Origin: Ranitomeya imitator
Taxonomy: Eukaryota
NCBI RefSeq assembly: GCF_032444005.1
Contig: NC_091286.1
Coordinates: forward strand, 46,748,001 to 46,812,000
DNA: 64,000 nucleotides
Direction: 5' to 3'
Shown here piece after piece: positions 23,524-34,343 of the stretch (its first letter is position 1; each line of letters starts with the position of its first letter). Under the pieces are notes generated by a model. It worked only from the letters and a program-made list of their open reading frames with translations. It was not told the DNA's origin and did no database searches. Position numbers and translations under genes: made by a program.

Positions 23524-24583
23524 CTAAAAATATATAAAAAAAAATCTAACGTGCACAATTAAAATTGGTGCAGATTGATTCACAGGACCCAGTTCATTGG
23601 TCACATCAGTAATCTGTGGCCGTTGGAGCCGCCTCGTACCTTCCACCATCTAGGGCTCTTTTGCCAGCCTGGCACAACGTCACATGACTGTTGCGCCGCC
23701 TACTAATAGAAGAGCCGCGGGTGCCGTCAAGGCTCCCATCCGGTGGCTACAGATGACCGATCTGACTGATGGACTGGGTCCGCTCTATACATAATGCATA
23801 TACACATTCTGTAACAGATATCTGACCAATAAAACTTCCTAAAACATTGGCTGTATTACGGCTTGTTTTACATGACGACTTGTAGTTTTCATTGGTGTCA
23901 CTTTGATGTGCGTAGAACATTGTATCCCAGTTTTTTGGGAGGAGATGAACAGCTTTTGAGGCATTGCGTTTTTTTTGCATTGTTGGATGAATAACATTGT
24001 TTCGGATGTGGAAGTATTATTTAGGGTTTTGTTTTTATAACAAAACACTGTACAGGATTTTTTTTCACGCTACAATAGAACTTAATTAGTGAAGAGTGAA
24101 TGTGCTTGGACGAGGTGCTGGCAGAGTGTCTCTGGTGTGCTCAAAAAATATGTCTGAGTCCCACATGCAGGGATTATCTTTTGGTTAGGAAATCCCTGCA
24201 TGTGCTGCGGCTATGAGACATGCAGAGACTCGAACATATTATTTGAGCACGCCGAAGACTTAGCACCCGAGCATGGTGGATAACACCTTATCCCATCACT
24301 AAATTTAACCCTTTATTTTTATTTCTTAGCTAATACACTGTAATACTGCTGTATTGTCATTGCATCCGAAAAGATCTTGCCTTACGCAGGGCCTGCTTGG
24401 CTGCAGTACATGGTAGACTGGAGTCTAGGTGGGTGTCAGATGCAGGGGCTGCCGGCCACAGCTAGAGATTGCGCTGTAATTGCCCAGAATGGTCTGATTC
24501 CTACCAGCTCCCTATACCATGCTGTGTAAGAAGGGGTTAAATGTATACAATCATATTATATAAAATATCCGGATAGGTTTTAC

Positions 24584-24700
24584 CCATCTTTACTGAACAC
24601 CCTGATCCAAGCATGGAAGTTTGGTCCTAGTATACAGAGACAGCGAGATGTGGTGAAAGACGAGAGCAGGACAGCCAACAAAAACGTTTCTCCCACTGAT
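24584..24700 (-). CDS. PIGF: PIGF coding exon 3, 117 bp
   Basis: atacag|A TCA GTG...GAT GG|gtaaaa; encodes SVGETFLLAVLLSSFTTSRCLCILGPNFHAWIRVFSKD. Confidence 0.95.
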
Positions 24701-26580
24701 CTGTATAGAAAGCAGAAAAAAAACAATAAAATATGTTGTAGCTAAAATTTATATATGCAATACAGATAAAACCGTGGATCTGGTACAGTTCACCCTATTC
24801 ATACCATGCCGGCACCCATCTACGACATCATGCACTGAGATAGCAGCAAAACTGCTCAGGCGATGATAATCAGCAAAAAAGCCCACTGAAAAAGTAAGCA
24901 GTAGAAACCTGGGCACCCTTCACTTTGCATTAAAAAGATTGTTTTTTGTAACAAACGTAGCTAAAAGCAGTTTCGCGCTATTATGCTTCCTCTGAGCCAT
25001 CAGATGGCTCAGAGGAACTGTGATCTCTAAGCGAAACGACTGTTAGCCAAGGATGTTACAAGATTCCGTCTAATCTCTGTGGAATCGCAATAAAGAAACT
25101 GTTTAATGCTAAGTGAAGAGTGCCCCGTTCACTACCCTTTAGGGTATGTGCACGTGTTCTTGAGGTCTGCAGATTTTTCCGCAGCGGATTTGTGAAAACC
25201 GCAGGTAAAAGGCACTGCGTTTTACCTGTGGATTTACCGGGTTTTTTGTGCGGATTCGACTGGAGTTTTACACCTGCGGTTTTCTATTATGGAGCAGGTG
25301 TAAAACCGCTGTGGATTCTGCACAAAGAATTGACATGCTGCGGAATGTAAACCGCTGCGTTTCCGCGCCGTTTTTTTCCGCAGCATGTGCACTGCGGATT
25401 GCGTTTCCCGTAGGTTTACATTGTACTGTAAAACGCATGGGAAACTGCTGCGGACCTGGAACTGCGGAAACGCTATGGATCCGCAGCGTGTTAACATAGC
25501 CTTACTAAAATCTATGCACAGTCACCTGATTACTGTAAGACATGTCCTATGGATAACAGTGGTGCGAGGTGGAAAAAAAAAAAGTTAATTTTAATCAAAT
25601 ATGAGCAAAATCAGATAGTTGCACATGAGTTTTACTGAAAATGTCACCTTTATAACATAATAGATACACTCTGACTACCAACAAATCCTAATGCATCCGA
25701 CTAGCTTCCTTTAAGATATTCTCACGCTGGGTCTCTTTACATGGATTCTGGAGCAGAATCTTCCCAAAATCTACCGAAAAAACTTGTGTATTGTTCCGCA
25801 TGAAAAATCCTTGCAAAAAAAAAACCTTTGTGAAAATACCCTTTGGACATGTGCACGTGATATTTGCCTACGGTCTCGTTCCTGACGTGGCTTTCTTCAC
25901 AGTTTTTTTTTTAGTCATTTTTGCGGCTGCTCCATCGCCAACATCTTTTTTTTTTTCTATCGTTTAATAAACTATAACTAGCAGGCAGCTTCTGCTAAAA
26001 AAGACATACGGTACTAAGTTTCACCGCTTCACCCTCTCTGAATCCTGAAGCAGTTAAAAAAAAAAAAAGTAATAAAAAGACTGAACATGTACGCAGCAAA
26101 GTTAATTTGACATTGCTGTGCATTGTTAATTTTTTGTGCAACTTTTTCAGATGGGTTTCAGTTGGAATCCCCCTGAAAAAAAGGCGTTGTGTGCAACAGA
26201 GGTTTTGTTGTGGATCTTGGAACAGATTCAGCCCCCAAAACCCACATATAAAAGAACTTCAAATGCTCTTTCTATTCATTACAATGAGAAAACCCTCCTA
26301 AAGTGCTCATGGTGCTGTTTTTTTTCAGCGTGTGAAAAAGAAGCAACATGTCAATTCTTGCTCGTAAAAAAACAAACTCCAAATTTCACTTCTGATTGGG
26401 CAGAAAAAAAATCCCCAAAACAAAAGCAGTGTCAAAATCCACCCCCCAAAAAATAAAACTTATGAAAAATTCACGTCAAAGAACCGAGTGTGAACATAGC
26501 CTTAAGGCTTCGGCTACAATGTCAGTGGCTTAGATAATGTATCATCAGCTCAGTCAGACATGGCATTACATAAAACTTAC

Positions 26581-26672
26581 TCTATAAGAGGCGCTCCGTA
26601 CAAGACTATAATCCCATGGAACAGCAGGCAGGAGGCAGAGAAGTACAGGCAGGATCTGTACAGTTTATTGAT
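26581..26672 (-). CDS. PIGF: PIGF coding exon 2, 92 bp
   Basis: tttcag|ATC AAT...ATA GA|gtaagt; encodes INKLYRSCLYFSASCLLFHGIIVLYGAPLIE. Confidence 0.95.
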
Positions 26673-26928
26673 CTGAAATAAACAGAAAATATTAGAAATC
26701 GGTTCTGAAATAATAAAATGGCGATGGAGTTAGGTTGGGCTCTCTATTTGAAAATTAGAAAAAGGGGCCTTAGTTTCTCTTCTTACATTTATCTACAGGT
26801 TGTGTTTGATATTACAATTCCGTCCCAATATGCTGCAATACCATTCACAGCCAGTGGACAAAAGGGGCGCTGTTTCTAGAAAAAGAAAAGAAAACTCCTT
26901 AGTTTCTAATCTCAGACAACTTTAATAC

Positions 26929-27156
26929 CTTGTGTGTCAATGAGCTTCTTTTGGTTGAAGGATTTGGTTTCAGGGTCAGTAGTAAGAAAACGTTAACAGT
27001 AATCACACAAACGGAGCAGATGCAAATCCACGTGAGGTGCGTTCCCAAAAGTGAGAACTCATCTAGGAGGAGTGGTGGGACACAAAGAGAGAGGAGAACG
27101 GACAACCCACACAGGACGTGTCCTACTGAGAGTCTCCTGATCTCCGTTTCATCCAT
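26929..27156 (-). CDS. PIGF: PIGF first coding exon, 228 bp CDS (acceptor 4 nt upstream of ATG)
   Basis: ctgtag|gatcATG...CACAAG|gtatta; encodes MDETEIRRLSVGHVLC...HLTWICICS...KRSSLTHK. The five exons sum to 660 nt = 219 aa + stop. Confidence 0.95.
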
Positions 27157-28405
27157 GATCCTACAGTAAAGAAAAAAAATGTATATTATACATATACACA
27201 CACACATAATAAAAACCCAAACATAAATGTCACAGATTTAAAACAATTTGTAAAAATCTTCTTGCGCTTCTTTTTCTTTTTAATAAGCCTACTTTCACAC
27301 ATCAGGTTGTTGCAAAACACTGATGCAACGGATCCGATTTTTCGCCTCATCCGAGTATGTTCATCTGCCGGCTATTTTGGATAGAGAGAGAGAGACCAGA
27401 AAGGAAATCGTGCACAAACACTAAAAAAAAAAAGAGGCATGCTCAGTTTAAAAAAAACGGAATCCGTCGCCTGATTCCGTCATTGGATCCGTTGCTGTCC
27501 GTTTTTTCGACGAACACAAAAAAAGTTTTTCTGTCTGTTGTCTCCGGCCGCCGGACAGAAAATTTTTTCCGACTGTCAAAAAAAGGACAAAACGTGAGGC
27601 CATCTGGCGTAATCCGGCGCTAATACAAGTCTATGAGAAAAAAAAAACGGATCCGGCGGCAAATTTTGCTGGATCTGTTTTTTTTTTCTCAAAATTCGCC
27701 GGATTGTGCCCGACGGCAAAAACCTGATGTGTGAAAGTAGCCTAATTTGCCCCTTTTCATTAGCCCCAGATATGAGACTCTGGCAAGCTCCGGTCTGCAC
27801 CGAACACCCATCTTTTATCATTCCCCGCCACATCTGGCTGCAGCGCAGTGATTCTCAGTGCTCCAGGGCCTATTTACATCCCCTAAGCAGGATATTCCTT
27901 GCACCCGTTTACATTTTGATGTCTTTCCCTTTATTATTTTATCTCCCTTTTTAATTTATTTATTTTTTTCCTTAAAGAGGACCTTTCACTCGTTTGAGCA
28001 CATTAAATTAGCCACATCATGGAACAGTGGCTTGGGAAAGTATTCACCCCCTTGTTTTTTGTTTTTTTTACATCCTATTTTGTTACATTACAACCTGTGT
28101 TTATATATTTTTGTAATCTGATTTGCGGGTGATGCATCACCATTAAATAGTCTTAAGTTGGTGAAGTGAGAAAAATATAGGCAAAAATTACATTTATGGG
28201 AACAAATAACTAAAAATTAGCATGTGCATATGTATTCACCCCTTTTGCCATGAAGCCCCTAAAAATTTCTAGTGCAAGCAATTACTTCAAGCAATTACCT
28301 TCTTAAGTCACATGCTTAGTGACAGGAAGCCCCCTGTGTACAATCTAAGTGTCACATGTCTGTCAGTATATACACTTTACCTTTTCTGAAAGGCCACAGC
28401 ATTAA

Positions 28406-28540
28406 AGGGAACCTGTCACCCCAAAAATAGAAGATAAGATGCGGCCACCGGCATCAGGGGCTTATCTACAGCATTCTGTAATAAGCCCCTGATGCCGGTG
28501 GCCGCAGCTCATCATCGATTTTTGGGGTGACAGGTTCCCT
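28406..28540. mobile_element. 135-bp TTAA-target MITE nested in Tc1
   Basis: TTAA TSD at 28402..28405 and 28541..28544; TIR AGGGAACCTGTCACCCC; near-complete palindrome. Confidence 0.9.
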
Positions 28541-29388
28541 TTAACAAGAGGCACCACTAACCAAACACCTTGAAGACCAAGGAGATCTCCAAACAAGTTA
28601 GGGACTAAGTTGTTTAGAAGTACAAGTCAGGGTTGGGTTATAAAAAAAAATCCCAATCTCTGATGATCCCCGGAGCACCATCAAATCCATGATCATCAAA
28701 TGGGAACAACATGGTACCACAACAAACCTACCAAGAGAGGGACGCCCACCAAAACTCTCAGCCTGGGCAAGGAGGGCACTAGTCAGAGAGGCAGCACAGA
28801 GACAAAAAGGTAGCCCTGAAGGTGATGCAGAGTTCTCAAGCAGAGCCTGAAGTATCTGTCCATACGACCACAATACGCCGTACCCTCCATAGAGTGGGCA
28901 GAAAAAAGCATTTACTTACACACAAACATTGTTAGGCTCGTGGGAGACTCCCCAAATGTATGGAGGAAGGTGCTGTGGTCAGATGAGACCAAAACTGAAC
29001 TTTTTGGCTACCAAAGTAAACGCTATGTCTGATGGCAAACCAACACAGCTCATCACCCCAAGAACACCATCCCCACAGTGAAACATGGTGGCAACATCAT
29101 GCTGTGTGGATGTTTTTCAGCAGCAGGGACAGGGAGAATGGATGGTGTGAAATACAGGGATGTTCTTGAGCAAAATCTATTTCAGTCTGTCAGTGATTAG
29201 AGACTGGGACGGAGGTTCACCTTCCAACATGACAGTGACGCAAAGCATACTGCTAAGGCAACACTCAAGTGGTTTAAGCGGGAGAGTGTAAATGCTTAGG
29301 AGTGGCCTAGTGAAGGCCCAGACCTTAGTCAAATTGAGAATATGTGGTCAGACTTGAAGATTGCTGCTCGCCAGAGGAAATCATCTGA

Positions 29389-29741
29389 GGCCGGTTTCAC
29401 ACGTCAGTGGCTCCGGTACGTGTGCTGACTCACGTAGACACATTAAAGTAAAAGTGTCTCTGCACATGTCAGCGTGTTTTCATGGACCGTGTGTTCGTTT
29501 GCAAAACATGGAGACATGTCAGTGTTCGTGGGAGCGCACGGATCACACGGACCCATTAAAGTCAACGGGTCCGTGTGCGTTTTTCCTGTCATAGGGTTAA
29601 AATTGTAAAAATTGTTGCAATACACGGACACACGTACAGCACACGGACCCTAAAAACGTACTCACGATCATCACACGGATGGCCTACATGAGCACACGGA
29701 CAACTCCGGTACCGGAATTATCTGGACGTGTGAGAATGGCC
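29389..29741. mobile_element. Harbinger-like MITE nested in the Tc1 transposase gene
   Basis: TIR GGCCGGTTTCACACGTC / GACGTGTGAGAATGGCC; flanks TGA and TAA; Tc1 sequence resumes on both sides. Confidence 0.85.
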
Positions 29742-30249
29742 TAACCTGAAGGAGATGGAGCAGTTTTGCATTGATGAATGGGCAAAAGTCCCAGTGGCTA
29801 AATGTGGAAAGCTCATAGAGATGTAAAGTGACTTGCAGCTGTAACTGTGACAGAATGGAGGCTCTACAAAGTACAGACTTTAAGGTGGGGTGAATATGCA
29901 AATTGAAGTTTTCAGTTATTTTGTCCTATTTGTTAAAAAGAAAAACAAGTGATCACAGTTATAGGCATGATCTTTACATGAATTGATGCAAACACTTAAA
30001 AAAAAAAAAAAAAACACGGAAAATGCCAAGGAGGTGAATACTTTTGCAGGCCACGAGCACGGTAAAATGTAGTTTTATTTTTTAATTTCTCATCTCTGTC
30101 GCAGGGATATTAGCTTCTAAAATTTTGATTCTAGTTTCGCTGCCAAGCAATGTAAGAGTTAGCATACATCCGTCTCTGCGCACGGTCCGGGACGCCACGT
30201 CTAGGAGACAATCCTGCCGGCGGCCATAGCGGCTGATCCCTATATGTGA

Positions 30250-30615
30250 GGCCGGTTTCGCACGTCAGTGGCTCCGGTACGTGTGGTGACAGTTTCCTCA
30301 CGTACCGGAGACACGTACACACATTACAATCAATGTGTCTCTGCACATGTCAGCGTGTTTTCACGGACCGTGTGTAAAACACGGAGACAGGTCAGTGTTC
30401 GTGGGAGCGCACGGATCCATTAAAGTCAATGGGTGCGTGTAAACACGTATTGGACACGGTTGCCGTCCGTCTGCTTTTTTAAAGTTATAGGGTTAAAATT
30501 GAAAAAAATGCTTCAATACATGGACACCACACGGAAGAGAAACACGGACAGCACACGGAAGGCTCCGGGACCATTTTTTCACGTACCGGAAAAATCTGGA
30601 CGTGTGAGACCGGCC
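30250..30615. mobile_element. Second copy of the GGCCGGTTTCACAC MITE family
   Basis: TIR GGCCGGTTTCGCACGTC / GACGTGTGAGACCGGCC; high similarity to 29389..29741. Confidence 0.85.
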
Positions 30616-30786
30616 TAAGCACACAGTGTACACCTATATACTCGCACATTAGGGCTGAGGCTCAGAGCCTGTGCTATGCACACGTCAGTAGCATCTATCA
30701 CTGTCCGTGTATGAGGCAGCACACTACATGGCCGCCGCCGGTGTATCCCCGGTCACCGTCACCAGAGCGCAGCGCTCAGCACTCAC

Positions 30787-30860
30787 CTGCCGCTCACCAC
30801 TCCTCCTCCAACACCTGAGCCTAGCTCCGCCCACAACCAGCGAGGACGCGCAGCCAATCC
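30787..30860 (-). other. PIGF: Probable non-coding first exon of PIGF (5' end approximate)
   Basis: Strong minus-strand donor CAG|GTGAGT at 30787/30786 inside the CpG-rich segment; the first coding exon has an acceptor just upstream of ATG, so an upstream UTR exon is required. Confidence 0.55.
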
Positions 30861-30965
30861 GAGCGAGGAGGCGGCAACACGTGATCAAACGGAAGTGGCG
30901 ACACCGGAAGTGTCCTGTTGTTTACAGTTCTCCGCTGCCGGGAGCAGAGAGGAGGTCGGGAAAAG
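30820..30965. promoter_or_regulatory. PIGF/CRIPT bidirectional CpG-island promoter
   Basis: GC box 30825..30834, CCAAT 30854..30858, CACGTG 30878..30883, tandem ETS sites CGGAAGTG 30890..30897 and CCGGAAGTG 30904..30912, between divergent genes. Confidence 0.75.
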
Positions 30966-30981
30966 ATGGTGTGCGACAAAT
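30966..30981 (+). CDS. CRIPT: CRIPT coding exon 1, 16 bp
   Basis: ATGGTGTGCGACAAAT|gtaagt; encodes MVCDK(C). Confidence 0.92.
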
Positions 30982-31320
30982 GTAAGTGTCACCTGACTCC
31001 ACAGCTGTCCGGGCCGTACATACCCGGTGTGACGTGACCGCGCACCTCCAGGGTCACTACACCGGGGAACTACAGTGAGTCAGAGCATGGTGAGGGTTGT
31101 AGTATTGCAACAGTTGAAGGGTTCATTATCTTCTCAGGAAACCGAGTATTTGAGGTGCAGCCTCCAACACCAATGTGATCGTGGCCCTATGACAACTCTG
31201 ACGGTCAGGGTGACAGTCCCAGTTTTAGGCGGCGGTCCCTTCTGTGTCGGAGGCTTCATCATGGCACATGTGACGGTGAATATAGCGCTAATGGAAGTCA
31301 GAGGGGTCACGACGACACAT

Positions 31321-32440
31321 GTATGGCGCTCTCCATGCATGTATGGTGACGGCGACACACGTATGACGCTCTCCATGCATGTATGGTGACGGCGACACAT
31401 GTATGGCGCTCTCCATGCATGTATGGTGACGGCGACACATGTATGGCGCTCTCCATGCATGTATGGTGACGGCGACACATGTATGGCGCTCTCCATGCAT
31501 GTATGGTGACGGCGACACATGTATGGCGCTCTCCATGCATGTATGGTGACGGCGACACATGTATGGCGCTCTCCATGCATGTATGGTGACGGCGACACAT
31601 GTATGGCGCTCTCCATGCATGTATGGTGACGGCGACACATGTATGGCGCTCTCCATGCATGTATGGTGACGGCGACACATGTATGGCGCTCTCCATGCAT
31701 GTATGGTGACGGCGACACATGTATGGCGCTCTCCATGCATGTATGGTGACGGCGACACATGTATGGCGCTCTCCATGCATGTATGGTGACGGCGACACAT
31801 GTATGGCGCTCTCCATGCATGTATGGTGACGGCGACACATGTATGGCGCTCTCCATGCATGTATGGTGACGGCGACACATGTATGGCGCTCTCCATGCAT
31901 GTATGGTGACGGCGACACATGTATGGCGCTCTCCATGCATGTATGGTGACGGCGACACATGTATGGCGCTCTCCATGCATGTATGGTGACGGCGACACAT
32001 GTATGGCGCTCTCCATGCATGTATGATGACGGCGACACATGTATGGCGCTCTCCATGCATGTATGGTGACGGCGACACATGTATGGCGCTCTCCATGCAT
32101 GTATGATGACGGCGACACATGTATGGCGCTCTCCATGCATGTATGGTGACGGCGACACATGTATGGCGCTCTCCATGCATGTATGGTGACGGCGACACAT
32201 GTATGGCGCTCTCCATGCATGTATGGTGACGGCGACACATGTATGGCGCTCTCCATGCATGTATGGTGACGGCGACACATGTATGGCGCTCTCCATGCAT
32301 GTATGGTGACGGCGACACATGTATGGCGCTCTCCATGCATGTATGGTGACGGCGACACATGTATGGCGCTCTCCATGCATGTATGGTGACGGCGACACAT
32401 GTATGGCGCTCTCCATGCATGTATGGTGGCGGTGACACAT
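31321..32440. repeat. Highly homogeneous minisatellite, 40 bp x 28, in CRIPT intron 1
   Basis: Unit GTATGGCGCTCTCCATGCATGTATGGTGACGGCGACACAT; only a handful of variant bases in 1120 bp. Confidence 0.98.
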
Positions 32441-32888
32441 GCAGCCGATTATCCGGAGCGCTCCCGGTATCCGCGTTCCCTCTGCCGCTTATTCGGTAAG
32501 CGCTATACCTTGCCAGATAAGCAAACTCGCTCAACTCTAGTCAGGATGTCAGGGGTTAAAAAGAACCTGTGGCCTCTCCTGATATTTTAGCAAATATTTA
32601 CTCTCCTCATAACATAACACTTCTGAAGCTTCTTTTCTGAGAGCTCCACATTGTTCCTCTGTTATTCATTAGGAAAATTTGTATATACATTGACAAATGG
32701 GAGGTCCCTACCCCGTCACACCGTGTTTTTATTATGCAGTGCTCTAAGAAAGGGTTCTCCTATTATGGGGAATGTAACTATATACGAACGTCCCCCATAC
32801 ATCTTACATGGCTGTAGGACGAGCAGTATGACCGTCTCTCCCATACTTGAGAGCGCTCGCTTTGCCGAGTGTCCTGTGTTCTCTATGA

Positions 32889-33022
32889 CAGGGGTCCCCA
32901 ACTCCAGTCCTCAAGGCCCACCAACAGGCCCAGGTGATAATTGCATTGCCTGTGCAAAACAAAGGAAAACCTGAAAACATGATCTGTTGGTGGGCCTTGA
33001 GGACTGGAGTTGGGGAACACTG
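32889..33022. mobile_element. hAT-type MITE, 134 bp
   Basis: TIR CAGGGGTCCCCAACTCCAGTCCTCAAGG / CCTTGAGGACTGGAGTTGGGGAACACTG; perfect 8-bp TSD CTCTATGA. Confidence 0.92.
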
Positions 33023-34277
33023 CTCTATGAGACATCTGTGGGTGGCTTGTCTCGAGAACAAAAATATTGCTAGTTCGACATCAGTCATGCTGGATCCATA
33101 TGTCCCCCGACATCTTCTGGCAGGAGGGGTGCCTCTATGTACATTAGACTGTCTGTAGAAACCGGAAAAGATAAGGTTTTTTTTTTTGTTGCAACTTCTG
33201 TTTTCCTAGATACATTGCACTCAGTAAGTGCTGTGTACTGAATGGAAGCATTGGTAATGAGCGCTGTGCCTGTTATAGCAGAGCTGCTGGGTTCTATTGG
33301 ACCAGATGAGCTTTGTCAGTGACTTAGGTCTCTGCAGGGAGCTTTTTTTTCCCCCTTAACTGGAGCACCTGAGGAAGACTGTTAGCCGAAACGTCTTGTG
33401 TTTTTACTCTGTTTTTAAACTAAAAGACATTTTTCGCATCATAGTTACTGTACTTTATGCGAACACTCCAATTTTCATCATCTCCATTGTGGGAGACCCA
33501 CACCCCTGTATCTTTTGTCAACACTGTTATATGTATTACACTGCAATTTATGTGCATGCCAAAACAATTTTACAGAAATATTATTGTTTGTTCTACATAA
33601 AACAGAGTCTGATTAGCGGTGTGGGTGAAAAAAAAAGTTATGACTGCTGAAAAGTGGAGAAACAGAAATGGGGCGGGGGGAAACTGGTTATTATGCCTCT
33701 TTCAGGGCCTGCTCAATAAAGGGTTAATTGGAGGAAAATAATGATTAATGAGGACATTAATTTATAGTGTTAAATATGGAAGTACAGGGTGTACCGTAGC
33801 TCTTGGATGATCATCACACGCAGTAATATGAATTATGTCTGCCAATGCCTTGTTTCCTGACACATTTTACTTAAATCCTCTGCACTGTGACATATCGTGG
33901 ACTCAGTGTCCCTGATTCATTAAGACTGGAGACGTTCTTGACGTTCCTCTTAATGAGGGGGCGTGCTGGAGTCGGGGGGCGCCTGATTTATTAAGAGGCT
34001 CACAACTCTTAATAAATCAGGAGCGTCTGACAAATGGCGCGCCTCCATGCACCTCACTGCAAATCTTACTACAAGCAGGGACCGGAGTAAGATTTCTGGC
34101 TTGAGGTTCCCCACTGCTCGCCATGGCTTACACTGATTGTTCTTTCACCAGTTTGCAGCATGTTGGTGATTATTATAAGAGATGGGAATCCCATTTGAGA
34201 GCACTGACTACTATTATTTTATAATGTTCTTTGTCGACATCACAATGAATATTGCAGATGTGATATCTGTGTTACAG

Positions 34278-34343
34278 GTGAGAAGAAGCTGGGCACAGTT
34301 ATCACGCCTGACACATGGAAGGCAGGAGCCAGGAATACCACCG
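34278..34343 (+). CDS. CRIPT: CRIPT coding exon 2, 66 bp
   Basis: ttacag|GTGAG...ACCG|gtaagt; encodes (C)EKKLGTVITPDTWKAGARNTT(E). Confidence 0.96.

Larger units (their letters stand above)
28025..30056 (+). mobile_element. Degenerate Tc1 transposon of IR/DR type in PIGF intron 1, with two nested MITEs
   Basis: Outer TIR CAGTGGCTTGGGAAAGTATTCACC / GGTGAATACTTTTGCAGGCCAC; inner repeats TATTCACCCC (about 28232) and GGGGTGAATA (about 29888); transposase relics YKSGLGYKK, VLWSDETK, PTVKHGG, FTFQHD, WPSEGPDL. Confidence 0.88.

Noticed and set aside
31134-32534. Three overlapping long minus-strand ORFs (466, 370, 377 aa), and possible CRISPR-like regularity
   Set aside because: The 40-bp unit simply lacks stops on that strand, giving a 40-aa periodic translation in all frames. 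Units are contiguous with no unique spacers, and the context is eukaryotic.
32446-32539. hAT-like terminus (CGCTCAACTCTA) possibly bounding the 40-bp array as one element
   Set aside because: I could not find a partner TIR or TSD on the other side of the array.
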